A stretch of DNA of 64,000 nucleotides from assembly GCA_013239625.1 (NCBI GenBank), contig MU054212.1:3873922-3937921 (forward strand). The letters are read 5' to 3'. The notes below the pieces were generated by a model that was not told the origin of the DNA, did not search any database, and saw only the letters and a program-made list of their open reading frames with translations. The DNA is from Lama guanicoe. Taxonomy: Eukaryota. The number at the start of each line of letters is the position of its first letter. Position 1 is the stretch's first letter. The translations under genes were made by a program, and so were the position numbers. Below, piece by piece: positions 1 to 14,799 of this stretch.

Positions 1-1155
1 TTTTTTTTTTCTGACTCTAAAATCCCCAATTCAACTTCCTTTTCTGAATTATTTTAAACAAGACAGTAAAGAAGGCAGAAAATAAGACAGAATTCTTTTG
101 AGTGAGTGAGTGCCTCAGCCACATGAAACGTCCCTGACAACACTTCTTTACGCTGAGGGCTAAGACCCTGGATGTGCATTAAGCTTATTTATCCCTCAGA
201 ACAGCATTAAGACTTAGGTATAGTTACCATCCTCACTCTCCGTGTGAGGAACCCGAGGTCTACAGAACCTGCCACGATGACACCACAACTGAGGGCAGAC
301 CTTGGATTGGAACACAGAGGGTCATGCTCTTGATCCCTGTGTTGTGTCTGGAGAATTTCTAAACCCCACCTCGTGGGGGAAATTACCGTTCTACTCCCGC
401 ACAGCTGACCCCTCAGTGCGCCTCTCTATCTACAGCCAACATTTGGGTTCACGTACAAACCAAGACTGTTGGGATGGGAGGCAAGGCAGCAAATCTCTGC
501 CCTGGGTGCTAAAAAGAAGAGACGGTCACTGTAAAGGGCTTTGCGTTCGGTGCTGTCTGTGTTACACTTGACGTTAACATCCCTTTTTCTGCTAGCACTC
601 GGTAGTTTGGTTTTACTTTCTGACAATTAAAGATCAGAAGAATCAATTTCTTACAGTCTTGAAAACAGCATTTAAGAACAGCAATGTAAATTTAAAACCT
701 TTTAAAAGCGCAGGGCCTCCTCTCGCCTGCTCATCTCAGTTTTACTTTCGTGATATTTCCTGCTTTGTTCCCTGGGCTGATATTGTAACTGCAGCCTGTA
801 GGTATGAGAAAAGTAGGTGCGGGGCATCGTTCCTAATGGCTTTCAACTGGTGATTAAACATCCAGGATGTGGCATCACGAACCCATCCACGCCACTGCCA
901 GTTGACACCTTTGAAGGCTGTCCTGTCTTCAGATTGTTAAAACTGCCCACAGCGATTCAAAAACAATCATATTTCAGGGATAATGTGAGAACCGCTATGT
1001 TGGCTTTGATGTCAACATAACCAAAAAGTAACACACGTGACTTCCCCAAATCCATCAACTCCAGACTCAGAGACGGCTGAAGGGAAGAAGTCCTAAGATT
1101 CAGTAACACACTAAGGGGTAGGGGGCATATACTGGTGACAGCAGGGTGGCTGTCA

Positions 1156-1356
<201 letters not shown>

Positions 1357-1995
1357 CTACAAGAAAAGACAAAGCGCAGTCAGAGGAGCGGCGGGGACCA
1401 CTGAAGGACAGCGTGTCTTTATGACCACACCGCCCCGATTTTAGTGCCCCATTAAATCTTTATTAGCCACACTAAACAGGGAGATTAGTAATGCAGGTAA
1501 TCACAGCGTTTATGTCTGACTTTAAAAATACTGTAACTTTTTCCAGCGGGCAAAATTTGTTTTTGCAAATAATGTTACAGTTTCATTAATATTAAAATTA
1601 GCATCCTCCTTGTGAGTATCTGGGTGATTAACTGGGGGGTGGGGAGGTCAGAGGAAAGGACTTGTCTGATGGAAATCATTTGAGTCAAGAGATCATAATT
1701 ATATGCTGACCAAGTGGCATACATCAGTCATGTAGTTCATGTGCCTGAAGATATTTAGAAATATTTAGTCATCACAGCACAAAGTCCTTTTTTTAGGGCA
1801 CTTCTTCCAGGCAGCGTGTTTTAACAACTTCATCAGTGGACTTGGAGAGGACGAAAAAACAAATTACTTTGGTGCTTTATTTAAAAACCCTGGTGGATGG
1901 GACAGAAGATGTTGGCATCGGTACCCATTCTGGAATTAGGAGAAACAAGTTCCAGCTCTACTTAACGTATGTATTATTCATGACAAAAGTTCTCA

Positions 1996-2181
<186 letters not shown>

Positions 2182-2959
2182 CTAGAAAGACACAGAGATA
2201 ACAACCTAAATGAAACTAATTCCTCAAGAAGACGTAACAGTTGCTCTGCAAATGGCTCTTTATTACACACGGAAAGCACAGCATTATTCACTCTGATGAA
2301 CATTACTCGAAATTTCCCAAGTGGAGTTTCCTTTAACTTGTGAAGCGCAGGTCTGCTCCTTGTCTGGAGAGATTTAACTATATGTTTTCACCTCTACTGG
2401 CGGCAAGGAAGGGGAAGCATGGCAGATGTGTGAAATTCACTGCTAAGCTGAACCCTCCATCTGGCTCCAGCCTTTCCTCTTCTTGTGAACCTCACAACGT
2501 TGTCATCAGCATTCAGGTCATGTGGTTTGTATTTACTTTCTCCTATGTTAATATCCACCCAGTTTAGGATACTGAAGACAATACAGAAACGTGAGAGGGA
2601 GAAGAAAGCATATATAATTCATCAAGTGTGCATATGCTTTCCTTTTATATATTCTTCTATGTGTTCTTTCTAAGACAACAAGGTTGATACCATAGTTTCT
2701 TCTGATTTCCATTAGTTACACTATTCATAACTATGGGGGAGAGATGCATTCTTAGATGTATCCAAAATGAACGAAAGGTTTATGTTTCTCTCTTTCATTT
2801 TGGAACACAGTAGGTATTTAATAGTTGTATACTCAACTGACTGCTATTTGGATATAAAACTCACTGTATCCACAGACCTATAATAAATATGGATACATTT
2901 TCATATAGATGGTTAATATCAAATAAGCATCACTGCTTTCAAATTTCAGATTGAACTTT

Positions 2960-3123
2960 CTTTTAAAATTGAAGTATAGTTTACAATGTTGTGTTAATTT
3001 CTGGCGTACAGCACAATGTTTCAGTTATATATATTCCTCTTCCTATTCTTTTTCATGATAGACTATTGTAAGATATTGAATATAGGTCCCTGTGCTATAC
3101 AGCAGGACCCTGTTGTTTATTTA
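2960..3123 (-). mobile_element. 5'-truncated LINE-1 3' end with TSD
   Basis: ttgaagtatagtttacaatgttgtgttaatttctgg...ccctgtgctatacagcagg is a typical laurasiatherian L1 3'UTR terminus. TSD cagattgaacttt (2947-2959) / caggttgaacttt (3124-3136). Confidence 0.8.
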
Positions 3124-4702
3124 CAGGTTGAACTTTTTAAAGGGGGAGGGGGGAGCCAAATTCAGTTGTAATGTATCTGAGAGAAAATCCTGGGACTGAG
3201 AATTCTGCAGCACTAGCTGACTAGGTTTTGTATCAGGAAAATCTAAACAAAATGAGTACCTCAAATCATTTGAATTCTTCGTGGAAACTGGCACAGATAA
3301 ACAATACTGATCTCTGAAAAATGTTACAACAGCTTGAACAACAAAACTCATTGCTTCATACAAAAATAAACAGTCACTGCAAAGAGTAGTTTTCCCTAAT
3401 TCTAAATATAGCCAACGTTATGAATGGCCATGCTTGAGGGGTTTCTGGAGCTTGGCGAGAACAGGCACAAATTGTAGCCTTTGCTTTAGTTGTTTGTGGG
3501 AAGGGCGCGGCCAAGAGAAGAGTAGGAGGGAAAGGCAAACGCCACACACTTGATTTTCAGTCTCTGTCCACCCAGACGCCAATCTCTACCAGTTATTTAT
3601 TTCAGTTTCTTTGTGTCTTTTGAAAAGAAAAAAAAATACCCCTCTTCTTTGAATTGGAAAAAAACAACAACCATGAAACAAAGGAATAGTGCTGGTTGAG
3701 CCATTTTAATTTTTAACCTGGAACACCTGGCCGTCACTTATGTAGGCTAAAATATTTCTCAATGGTTCCCTTTCCCCCCAGTCAACAGTGTCATTTCAGC
3801 TTAATGCTTTCACGGTAAGAGAGAGAATTTTGTAGGGCGTTCAGTTCAGACCTCCCAGCTGAAAATCATGAACATAAAAATTTGTTATGACTTTGAAATG
3901 CCCATTTTTGTGGGTTGCTATTTGCAGAAACAGATGAAGAGTCTCCAAAAGGAAAAAAAAAAGAATTTTAAAAAGATGATTAAAAAAAATGGACATAGAT
4001 ATTATTTGGAGATACAATTCTCTGTTAATGTCTACTTTAACAGAGGTCTTTAGAGTTATATAAACATAATATGTACAATTTTCCACTGAGTTGAAATACT
4101 GGGATCAGTTGCTAATACCTGAAGTTTCCCATTGCTTCACGCTAGTCTGGAGATCTCTAGGTTGCAAAAGAACAGTGTTATCTCTAAAAGACAATGTATC
4201 TTTAAGAAAAACAAAACAAAACAAAAACCAAAAACCAAAAAATCTGAACCGGAAACCCTCCCAAAACCAACCTGGTAAATAATCTCATCTCCATTTTTAA
4301 GTGCCTGGTTGGTAAAATGCTTTTCCATTTAGTAAGGAAGACACGACAGCCTATGTTTTAGGCGACCGGACTATTTAGAGTTTCTTGCCTAATTTAGTCA
4401 TTGGGCATCTGGTTCTGAATGACTGACATTTAAATTTCTTAAGAATTTGACTTCCCACCCTCATCGTCCCACATCTGATCAAAGGGACTTGGCTTAAAAA
4501 CATTCCCTCACTTTCTGTTCTAGAAAGGATACAATCTTAACCCCTCTGCTTGCTGTCAGTCTATCCATCTCTGCGACTCACCCACCTTCCCAGAGCTGCC
4601 CCCTTCCATTCCCTTACTCCCTACCTTGAGCTGTTTGTATCTATCTTCAAATGCCGACCACATCCCAGTGACACTGCATTTGGCATCTTCCTCTGCCTGG
4701 AC

Positions 4703-4901
4703 CAGTGATTCTCAACTGGGGCAATTTTGCCTCCCCCACCCCAAGGGACATTTGTCAATACCCTGAGACATTTCTGGTTGTCAGGGCAGTGCTACTGGTA
4801 TCTAAAGGGGAGAGGCCACAGATGCTATTAAACACCCTTTGATGCACAGGACTTGCCCCCACAACAGAGATTTATCAGATCCAAAATGTGGAGAAACCCT
4901 G
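4703..4901 (+). mobile_element. MER20-like hAT-Charlie DNA transposon fossil
   Basis: Starts cagtgattctcaactggggcaattttgc and ends gtggagaaaccctg (degenerate TIRs); interior resembles the MER20 consensus as recalled. Confidence 0.85.
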
Positions 4902-5704
4902 GCCTAGCATACGCATCCTCCTGTATCTGAGCCTAGCAAACATGAAGCTGAAAAGTCACTGCAGAGATGACTTCAGAGAGTCCTTGAGGCGAGGTGTTTG
5001 CCTACTCAGGACACACCTCTATCACTGTTTCTAGTATACAAGGCTGTTATCAGTCCATCCGTCGGTCCATCCTCCCTGGCTATGCTCACAAGCCCCTCCC
5101 CAGGGTCACCGCTTTGCAGGCGTTGGTGTCCCTGCTATGTACAGCAGTGTCTGACAGACTAAGCAAGCCAATAAATGCTTTTGAATTTGTGGTTGGATGG
5201 AAGAATGTATGAGGAACCTTGGGCCTTGCATTACATTATAAAAATCATTTCAGGTTTGAGGAAAACCATCTTTTTATTTACATGGCTCGCTATCATTTAT
5301 TTATTAAAGATACATATCCTGAGAGCATAAACTAGCTCACTGTTTCCCAAACTACTAAACTGATTCATATACCATCTTCCCAGTTCTGCCGCAACCTCCT
5401 ATTTCTATACCATGAATCAATGACTATTCATGTTGGCATTAACTCTCTTTTAAAAAACAATTTTTTGTAAAGGTACTATAAATGGAAAACTAGCATCACT
5501 TGCCATAAATACAACTGTAAAAATAAACACAATACAACGCTTGTGCTCTGACCATCTCTACTTGAGGGAGTAGCATCTAAAAGCCCTGAAGTCTCTGGTT
5601 TTCCCTGGAGGCTTCCCCACGGGTATCGGTGAAGATCCTTACCCGTGGGCGCCGTACTTCCAAAACACTGAACTAGGTGGCCAGAAGTGAATGAAGAGGT
5701 GAGG

Positions 5705-6170
5705 ACATTCAATCATCCATTCGGCAAACATTTAATGAATGTCCATTAGATGCCAGGTGATAGAGTTAGTTTACCTGGATAAAATAATGAGCAGAACCAG
5801 AGACGGCCTTGCTGCCACCGAGTGATAAGGACAAATATTAATGCGTCACGGGACCAAATGTGCAACGCAACCACAGTAAGAGAGGAAGAAGTGGGGAAGG
5901 AACTTCTAATAGTGATATCTGGACCAGTCCTCAAAGCCTGGAGGGAGGGACAAATGGACGCAAGATGCACTTTTTGGGTAAAATGAGAGGAACCTGATGA
6001 CTAAATAGATCAGTGGATGGATGGCAGTGCCCAGTAGAGGGAAGCAGACCAGGAGCCTGGGAGACTGGGGGAGGAGGCACTGCTCACATGAAACAGGAAA
6101 TCCATCAGCAACCACAGATTTAGGGAGACGACAGGCTGGCTTTTGGATGCACAAGTGAGTGGTACTGTCA
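5705..6170 (-). mobile_element. L2 LINE 3' fragment (approximate bounds)
   Basis: cattcaatcatccattcggcaaacatttaatgaatg...gccagg is the reverse of an L2 3' tail, followed by decayed purine-rich L2-like sequence. Confidence 0.6.
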
Positions 6171-6351
6171 TGAGAACTTAGTGCGGGTTTGTGACCCTGT
6201 TCAAATTCTTAAATGCAAAGCCCCAGTTCCCTTGTCTGTGAAATGGGGCTGACAGTACCACCCACCTTGTAAGTATGTAAGTTAAAAACTTTTTGAATGC
6301 TTGCTGAATGCCAGCATTGTTCTAAGGGCCTTGATAATAAAAAAAAAAAAA

Positions 6352-6570
6352 TTATTGAGACAGAGCACTACGTGCCAGACACAGTCCTAAGCACTATGCA
6401 TGGTCTCATTTAGTCCTCAATATAAACCGATAAGGCACGTGGACTGTTTTTAATCCCCATTTCACAGATAAGGAAACCAAGGCTTGCCCACGGACACTTA
6501 GCTGTAAGAAGCAGAGAAAAGATTTGAATCCAGGTCTCTCTGAGTCCAGAGCCTCCGCCATTAGTTGCTC
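6352..6570 (-). mobile_element. MIR SINE
   Basis: Core ccccatttcacagataaggaaaccaaggc and gatttgaatccaggtct. Confidence 0.8.
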
Positions 6571-9500
6571 TGCGATACTAGTGCCCTTCAAGAAAGTGAG
6601 AGGATCTGCACGGGGTGAGTGCATCTGAGCGGGGCAGGCGGGCAGAAAGCCAGAGTCCGAGGAGACGAGGAAGGCGGAGAAGTGGCGTGTGGCTGTGGGC
6701 TGCCCTTCTGAGGAGTCTGGTGTTGACAGGAAGGAGAGAATCTAACAACTTGAACATTTCTTCCAGGTTCCTATTCGAGGTGAAAAGAAGAGGAACGCAT
6801 CAAGCTCACTGAATACTGGGAGCTGGAAGGCAGATATGATGTCCACGTGACATCGTCTTTGTGTGGCTAGAGGAACGCAGGCTACCACGGGTGCCCAGGG
6901 GATGGGTTGAGGACCTGCTCTCAGAGAACGAGGATCAGTCTGCTCTACAGAGAAGTGGGAAAGGAATCTTCAAGCAGAGGAAACAAGGGACATAGAAGAA
7001 TAGAGAAGATCAGATCTGTACAAGGAACGGCATGTGCTAGTATGGGTGGAGGGCATCGCTGGCTCATAGCAGGAGGGAAGAATTCTAGGAGGTCAGACCA
7101 GATAGGAAGGCTTTGGGACCAGTGTCTTAGAGGGTTTGGAGTGTCACATTAAAGAGCTGTGATTTCATGCTGTGGGTTGTGGAAAATCCTTTGACCAAAG
7201 GGGACACTCAGCATGTTTGTAGATTATGAAGGAACCCACGGGGTTTGCAGGACAGAACCTGCAGAGACGGGAAGACCCAGACAACAGAAAACAGGAGAAC
7301 ATTCCTCCAGGATAGAACAGGGAATTGAGGGCACAAGTGACCGTATATCTAGCTTGGAAAACAGGTAATTTTTTTTCTCACTTTGCCATAAGAAAACTTC
7401 AGATGCGGAGTAAGAGTGGTGGTGTTCACCCATTAGATGCTCAGAATGGATTTTTGATGGCGGCGGGGAAAACGAGAGCTAACTGTACTGGACACTGTGC
7501 TGGATGCTTTATGCGGCATGCTATGTAACCCTTACCATCATCCCATGAAGTACATATAATACTATTCCCCTCATTGACAGATGGGGAATACACTGAAAGT
7601 CAAATAGCCCACAACAGGCAAAACCAGAATTATTCAAACCGAGTGAAGCAGAAGGTCATTTCATCAGTAGTCCTGACCACAAAGGGCAGGAGACGGACTT
7701 GAAAAAGCTGGAGAAATGGAGACAATGCCAGGAACGGGCACCACCAAGTCATGCAATGAAAAGTCAGGTGGAGACAAAAAAAACCTGAGGACCGGCAGGA
7801 GTGGTGGGTACCACTTTAGGTCTGGAGAACCTCGAGAATTGGAATTTTATGTTTTTTAACCAGGAGATGAAAGGAAAAGAAAAAGCTGAATCCCCATAAA
7901 CATTTCAATGATTAGAAGCTCAGTCACTTAAAGGTGTCACTCAACCTGGGAGGACGATGAAGGAAATGACTTTGGACAGAAAGAAACCCGTGACGTCTAA
8001 TGGAAGGAAAAGCGCCCCCAGCCTGCATGAGGCCTGGAGAAGTCAGTCATTCATCCCCGGCCTCGGGCAGAGATGACCACAAACCACCTAAGACAGATAC
8101 ATTTTCTAATGTTAAATGACTTTCAGAAAAAGAAGGTTTTCTTCCCATAATTTTGCTAGTAATTCAATGTTATGTTTAATAATTTCACTGTCAGGAAGCT
8201 ATTCCTCATCCTGTGTTGAACCTGAGACTCTACAGGTTCGAATCCATGTCCATACTCATCTCAGAGGGTGACCTCGAGCTGCTCTGTGCACCACGGGGCA
8301 GACAACCACAACTCCAGCCTGACATCTGGCTTTCACCCTCTGAACTCAATACAGTCTCCTAGATTGTTCAATATGGTTGGTTTACTTTGGTCAAACTGTC
8401 TTTCCTTCTTTCTGCCTCTTGCTTATCAGAAAACAGCCAGGCTAAAGGTGACAGGAGTATTACTGTGGGAAAACAAGATGAAGCCCTATTTCTGAATCTC
8501 ACGAGAGTGTGAAATGAAAGAGAAACGTTAGGTTTGGGAGGTAAGTTATACCTACTTGGTATGTGAGCAACCTGGCCCTCGAGAGAGAATGTTAAAAAAA
8601 TATATACCATAATCTTTTACAAAATATAGTATTCATGCTGAATCTATTGACACTTAAGAATAGTATTTCATATAGTAATGGAAGAGGTGAAAAGACATAT
8701 AGTTCCAAATATCACTGAGCTAAACGTACTACTGCAAAAACTAAATTTCAACAACCTCTGGTGCAAAATAGTCCTAGAGAAAGGACCATTGACACCTCAG
8801 AGTTCACAGGCACAACGTAGAAGACATACATCTGACTCCTAAGAAAAACTCTCATCTCAGCTGTGAATTAAGCAATACTGATTGGCTCATATTACTTTAT
8901 TAAAGTGTTGCTGGCACTATCTTGCGTATATAATGAATTACAGTAGCAGCGTTTTCTTTGATCCAGTTCAAGTGAATGCTACTTTACTAAGGAAAATACA
9001 GCATCATAAAAACCAACTCCTAAAATCCTTGTCAATGACATTTATTACGGTAGGTATAACGTTTCCTTTTGACGTATATAATATGAGGTCTCATTACTAC
9101 AAGAGCTGGCTCAGCCAGAAATCTCCAAGCACGGGTCTCTACGAGTTGGCAGTTTGATAACTCTCCCGCCCGACGATTGCTGATGGTCCATAATGACCTT
9201 GACAATCGCTAGGAAAATGGTCAGAACAGAATAGAGAAAGGCTGTAAAACAATTCATCAGGGCTGGAGTTTCAGGAAAGGACGTAAGCAGGGCTTGAATG
9301 GCACCATGAAGGATTAGAAGGTTTAAGATTAAGAAAAATCTGCAAGACATTCCTGGACAAAACCAGCAGGGTACCGGAGCATGGTGGGCTGAGGTCTGTG
9401 ACGGGAGAGGATCCATCTGGAATTAACTGAGACACCTCTTCCTTCTCAGACTGTGATACAACATCATATTTCAACACAATCAACAGTTTATGCCGTTGCA

Positions 9501-10014
9501 ACAAAATATCATGGCCAGAAGTGTGTTCCTCTGCATTTATAAATTTAAAGGCTTGTCAGGGGAATGAACGTAGTTATTGATGCTCAAACTTGGTAAATAA
9601 ATTAATCTGAGAGTTAACGGAAGGAGAGCCTCCCTTCTGCACTAAATCAGGCTAGCCACGGGGGCCACGAAAAACCTCATCACACATGCTCTTTGTGGCC
9701 TCTTAAAAGTATGAATGTTAAAAATTATCCTAAACTTATGTCCACTTTATTTGGGCATGGTTTTTAATTTAATTCCTCCAAGAAATCTTTTGGGCCTGAG
9801 GGAAAAACGAGAAAATGCCAAGAATTTAAAAAATTAGACACCAGAGCGTTATTGGCTTCACTTTGCCAATGATCACACTACATATTACATGGACTAGCAA
9901 AGATTTATGCAGTATACACGTATCATTTAACCAACTTGCAGGTTCTATAGAAAAGAGTACAACCAATTTCTCAATGAAAATCAACATTCGATTAATACTG
10001 TGGATATGTTATTA

Positions 10015-10302
<288 letters not shown>

Positions 10303-11319
10303 TCACTGCAGGACCCCCAAACAGAAGGCATCGTTACCTTTTCCATCAATCTTAATTTCACTTTTTCAAAACAGACAATCATTTAGACGTGGTTAAAGAC
10401 ACTACGCATGAGAACAGTCCTCATTTCCAAAAAAAAAAAATATGCAACATGGTTTAGATGCCTGAAAGGAAACTGTAAAACAATTTTACACCTTTATACA
10501 GACTCAATTTTTTCCCCATATACTTCGAGAACAAATTCACTGTATGATTCAAAGAAAGGATCACTTTAGGTCTTTAAATGAAGGCATTTATGTAAAACGC
10601 GAATAAGAAGTAACACAGATGACATTTGAAATGTATTTTATGGCCACTGATTCCTTCCCTCTGCCATGTTTTTTCCGTTACGCGGTAACATCTAGAATGA
10701 CATGCTGGGCAAGATTCTCCCCAGTGCCTAAGTCACTTTCAGAAAGTAAGCTGTGTGCATATCGACACACACTCCATTTACTGAGGTCATGAGGAAATCA
10801 TTCCATGCATGACTGTTTTGGTAGATATTCCGAATAGGGATTTGGCATCGTGGTTCATTATTTCCTAGGAGATTCAAAGAACACTGCAACAAACTCGGGG
10901 ACTTCAATCTATTAGATATTGTGGAAAGGAAGTCTACGAAGCATGAGGATCAAATCAATTCAAACTGGCTAGACAAACTGTAATTTAAGAATAAAAAGGA
11001 AGGTAGTTACTATTTAAGACGGTTTGTTCCGTGGGATCTTTATGAGAACTGGATTATAAAACGGTCCATCTCCAGCCCGTCTTCTTCATAAGGACCCTAA
11101 GCTCATTTCTACTTTAGAGCCTTCACAATTGTTATTCTCTTTACATGGTACTTTTTTTTTTTTGGTCCCAGAATTAACTAAGGCTTGCTCACATATTTCA
11201 AATCTCTTTTTGGAGCTTGTCCCTTAAATAAGACACTGGATTATGTGCCAACTTGGCTTAGTATTCTTTTCTCAAAACTTCACTGTCCACTTGCTTTGGC
11301 TTGCCTTTTCTTTTCCTCC

Positions 11320-11431
11320 TCTACTGGAATTTAAGCTCCAGGAAGACAGGAACGAGCTTGTCACCTCTGTGTCGGGAAGAGCGCTGAGCACCCAGCATGG
11401 GCTCTCCAAACATTTGTGGAATGAACGAATT
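11320..11431 (+). mobile_element. L2 LINE 3' end
   Basis: ctggaatttaagctccaggaagacagg...aaacatttgtggaatgaacgaat. Confidence 0.7.
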
Positions 11432-12910
11432 GTTAAAACAGAAAAATACATGTTTCAGAATCTTGAACCAAAATACCACTTACAGTATTGCATTTTGAGT
11501 TAACTCAAGATTCATGGCATTATCAAACCTTGCCTAGAAGAATGTTTTCAAACGTACGTACAAAACAGACTCATAAAATGTCTTTATGTTTCATCTCCTG
11601 ATCACTAAGAGTTGTTTATTTATGGGGGCTTTATGGAAACTCATGGTCAAATGGATAATAAATCAATCTGCAATGGTTTGCTTTTGACAATCTTTATGAA
11701 ACAATCCTTTTAATAAAGTTAGAGGGAAAGAAAGACAATGAATGATTTCAAAAAACTCCCCCAAGCAGAAAAGCACAACGTTTATTTATCTTTAGAATAT
11801 GTGTAGAAGCCTTGTGTTTTAGTAAGGATATGTTTAACATGCTTTGATTTTTCTCTATTTTAAAATACCCAAGGAAGCTACTCTGAAATATGACTCAGAA
11901 GGAGCCACAGATGGTCGAACTTCCTGCACAGCTCATGTCTCCCCACCCGGCAACCCCCACCCCCACCTCTGCTTTTCTAAGGATTCACACAAGTGTATTT
12001 GCACCAGGAAAACGCCACCTTAAGGCACAGTCATTAGATCTATAAACTGGCTTCTGCGTAAACTGGTAGAGATGACAAAGGAAACATACAGCTTAAGTTT
12101 AAACGTTGCGGCTTTTTTAAATAACAAAAAATTAAAATACAATTAACCTAGTCTTTCTCAACACCGAATCATCTCAGGGAAGCTGGAGAAGTGTTTCCTT
12201 TTACCATTTCTGCACCAGCTGATTTTCTTATTTGCCGGTTTTTCAGACTCAATAGGCCTTTCTGGCTTTGCTCATCTCCTGTGCCTGAAGTCTACAGAGT
12301 TTTCAGTACAAGAACCTAAAATCTTAGTAAAACATCACTTCACAATGGCGAGCGGCTTTCAACCACAGCTGTCTTCTAGGCTGGGTCACCTTCCATGACA
12401 CTAGTTTAAATACAAGGGCTGCAGAAGATATTAGGGTCACCCTGAAAGTAAATTGTCTCACGTAGCCAGAGAACCACGCTCTCAGCTGTTGCCAAGCCCC
12501 CCTCCTGCTCTGTGCTGCCTCACCGCCTGGTCCTATGACACCAAGTGTTTGAAGACTCTCCAGTTGTTTAAGGTGCTGCTGTGACGAGTAAGATAAAATC
12601 TACACTTAATGAGCAGAAAGCCCCTGTCTTCCAGTGTTCTTTCCAGCTGCACCGCCAGTATCAACCACAGCCAAGTCAAAGGATCCTATAGATTCTATAC
12701 TATCAAATCAGACACTGTGGCATATATTTTTTCAAAGGTAGAAAAGGCTGTTGTGGGCAGTAGAGTGATACTTTCCCGTCTTCTCTCTCCAATCCACTTT
12801 TCCTTAAGGTACGTTCCTTTTTTTCCCTAAAAGCATCACGAATAAAAGAAAATGACACTGAAGGCTCACGTGACTTCTCCTTATCTTACTTATAAAATAG
12901 GGCTGGATTA

Positions 12911-13114
<204 letters not shown>

Positions 13115-13279
13115 TTAGAAAACAAAACTATTTAACAGGTTTAGGTCTCGAGGGAGAAGATAAAATACACCATCACCACGCTACCAAAATTTCAAGGATG
13201 GACTGAGAAGCTGACAAACAAAAGCTACTTGTCCCATCAAAATTTAAGTCAGTCGACCTCTGTATAATTAAGGGAGATG

Positions 13280-13470
13280 TCATTGCATGCTATCTGCCAG
13301 GCATGGTGCTCAGAGCTTTATGGATTTTAACTCACTTAATCTAGATACAAAAGCGTCAGGTAGGAATGATCAGTATTTGAAGGTGAAGAAACTGAGCTTC
13401 AGAAAAGCTAAGTAACTTTATCTACTGACAGAGCCCCCATCCAAAGCCAGCTCTGTCCAGCTCCCAAACC
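13280..13470 (-). mobile_element. MIR SINE
   Basis: tgccaggcatggtgct...ggtgaagaaactgagcttcagaaaagctaagtaactt. Confidence 0.7.
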
Positions 13471-14318
13471 CCTTTGTTAAGTCCAAACAAATGAGTAGGG
13501 TAATTAAAAATGTGGTCCTGGCAAAGAGTCCTCATAGAGATTAAGAGCACAAAAGAAAAGAAGAGAATCTAGAAAGAATTAAAGGAGTACACAAGGAATG
13601 TGGACTCTTTTTTTCCCCCTAATTGTCAAAGTCACTCATAAACATTATAAGTACATAAGACAGTTGTTCCTCTCCCAAGGTTGAGTTCTCAGTGTTCTAG
13701 GCATTCTGCTAGACATTTTATCTTTTTCTTCCTTTTTAAACAAATATAATCACTCAGCTACTCTTGGCAAAATAACTTCAAGAACTTTTCATCCGGCACA
13801 TAGAAGACCATTTTGATCTTTTCAAAAAGCTGTGTAGTGTTCCATTGAATTGTTTCTTTTCAAAGGGAACGCTCCTGTGAGTCTCCCGTTAAGTGTGATG
13901 CTGGCTGCTCATTTCTGTTGGATACGCCTTATCAAGTTAAAGAAGCATCAGCATATCCTTTTTTTATTTAGAGGCTTATTTAACACATGAACCAATGTAA
14001 ATTTTTATTACACTGGCCTGTCAGCACCTATAGAAATAATCCCTTTTCTTCTTGGCTTATTTAATACTTACATTATATTAATAAATTCTTAATACTGAAC
14101 CAGCCTTGCCAGCCTATAATTAATTGTTTTGTTAGGGATATTGCTCGTTTACGTGCAAGTAGTGAGAATCTGGAGAACAAGAATTTTTCTAAAAATTGAC
14201 CTGAAAATATTTATTTCCTGAGATTTAACCACACAAGTTCAAATAGTGAGAATTCATATGGGAAGGGATATTTATAATTTTTGGAACTGATTTTATTTAT
14301 ATTCATGCATCTGTGTTC

Positions 14319-14448
14319 TTTTTTGGGGGGTTGCAGGGAGGTAATTAGGTTTATTTACTTATTTACTTTTACTGGAGGTTCTGGGGATTGAACTCAGGAC
14401 CTCGTGCATGCTAGGCATGCACTCTACCACTGAGCTATACCCTCCCCC
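14319..14448 (-). mobile_element. tRNA-Ala-derived SINE (camelid Vic-1-like), long form
   Basis: Reverse complement reads GGGGGAGGGTATAGCTCAGTGGTAGAG...GAGTTCAATCCCCAG (A and B boxes), then an AAACCTAATTACCTCCC tail. Candidate TSD tctgtgttc (14310-14318) / tctgtattc (14449-14457). Confidence 0.9.
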
Positions 14449-14799
14449 TCTGTATTCATATTAGAGACTGGACTGTTGTGTGCTATCTTTATTAAGTTTC
14501 CCTATTAATGTGATGTTTTTGTGAAAAGCTTGGAAGGTGTACTTCTTTATGTTTTAGAACAGTATAAAAAGCATTAGAATTACATGTTCCTTAAGGGTTT
14601 TAAAATAATTGGTTGATAAAATAATCCACGCTTTTGGGAGGAAGGAGCTGAGTGACATTCAGAATTTAAAACATTTTTAGTTTTTCGTATGCTTATTTGC
14701 TTGTTTATATCTGTGGGAGTCTTTTATACCACATAGCCATATTTTAATAATTTCAAAATTTTAATAATTTAGAAGATTTGTACAAGGGCAAAAATTCAA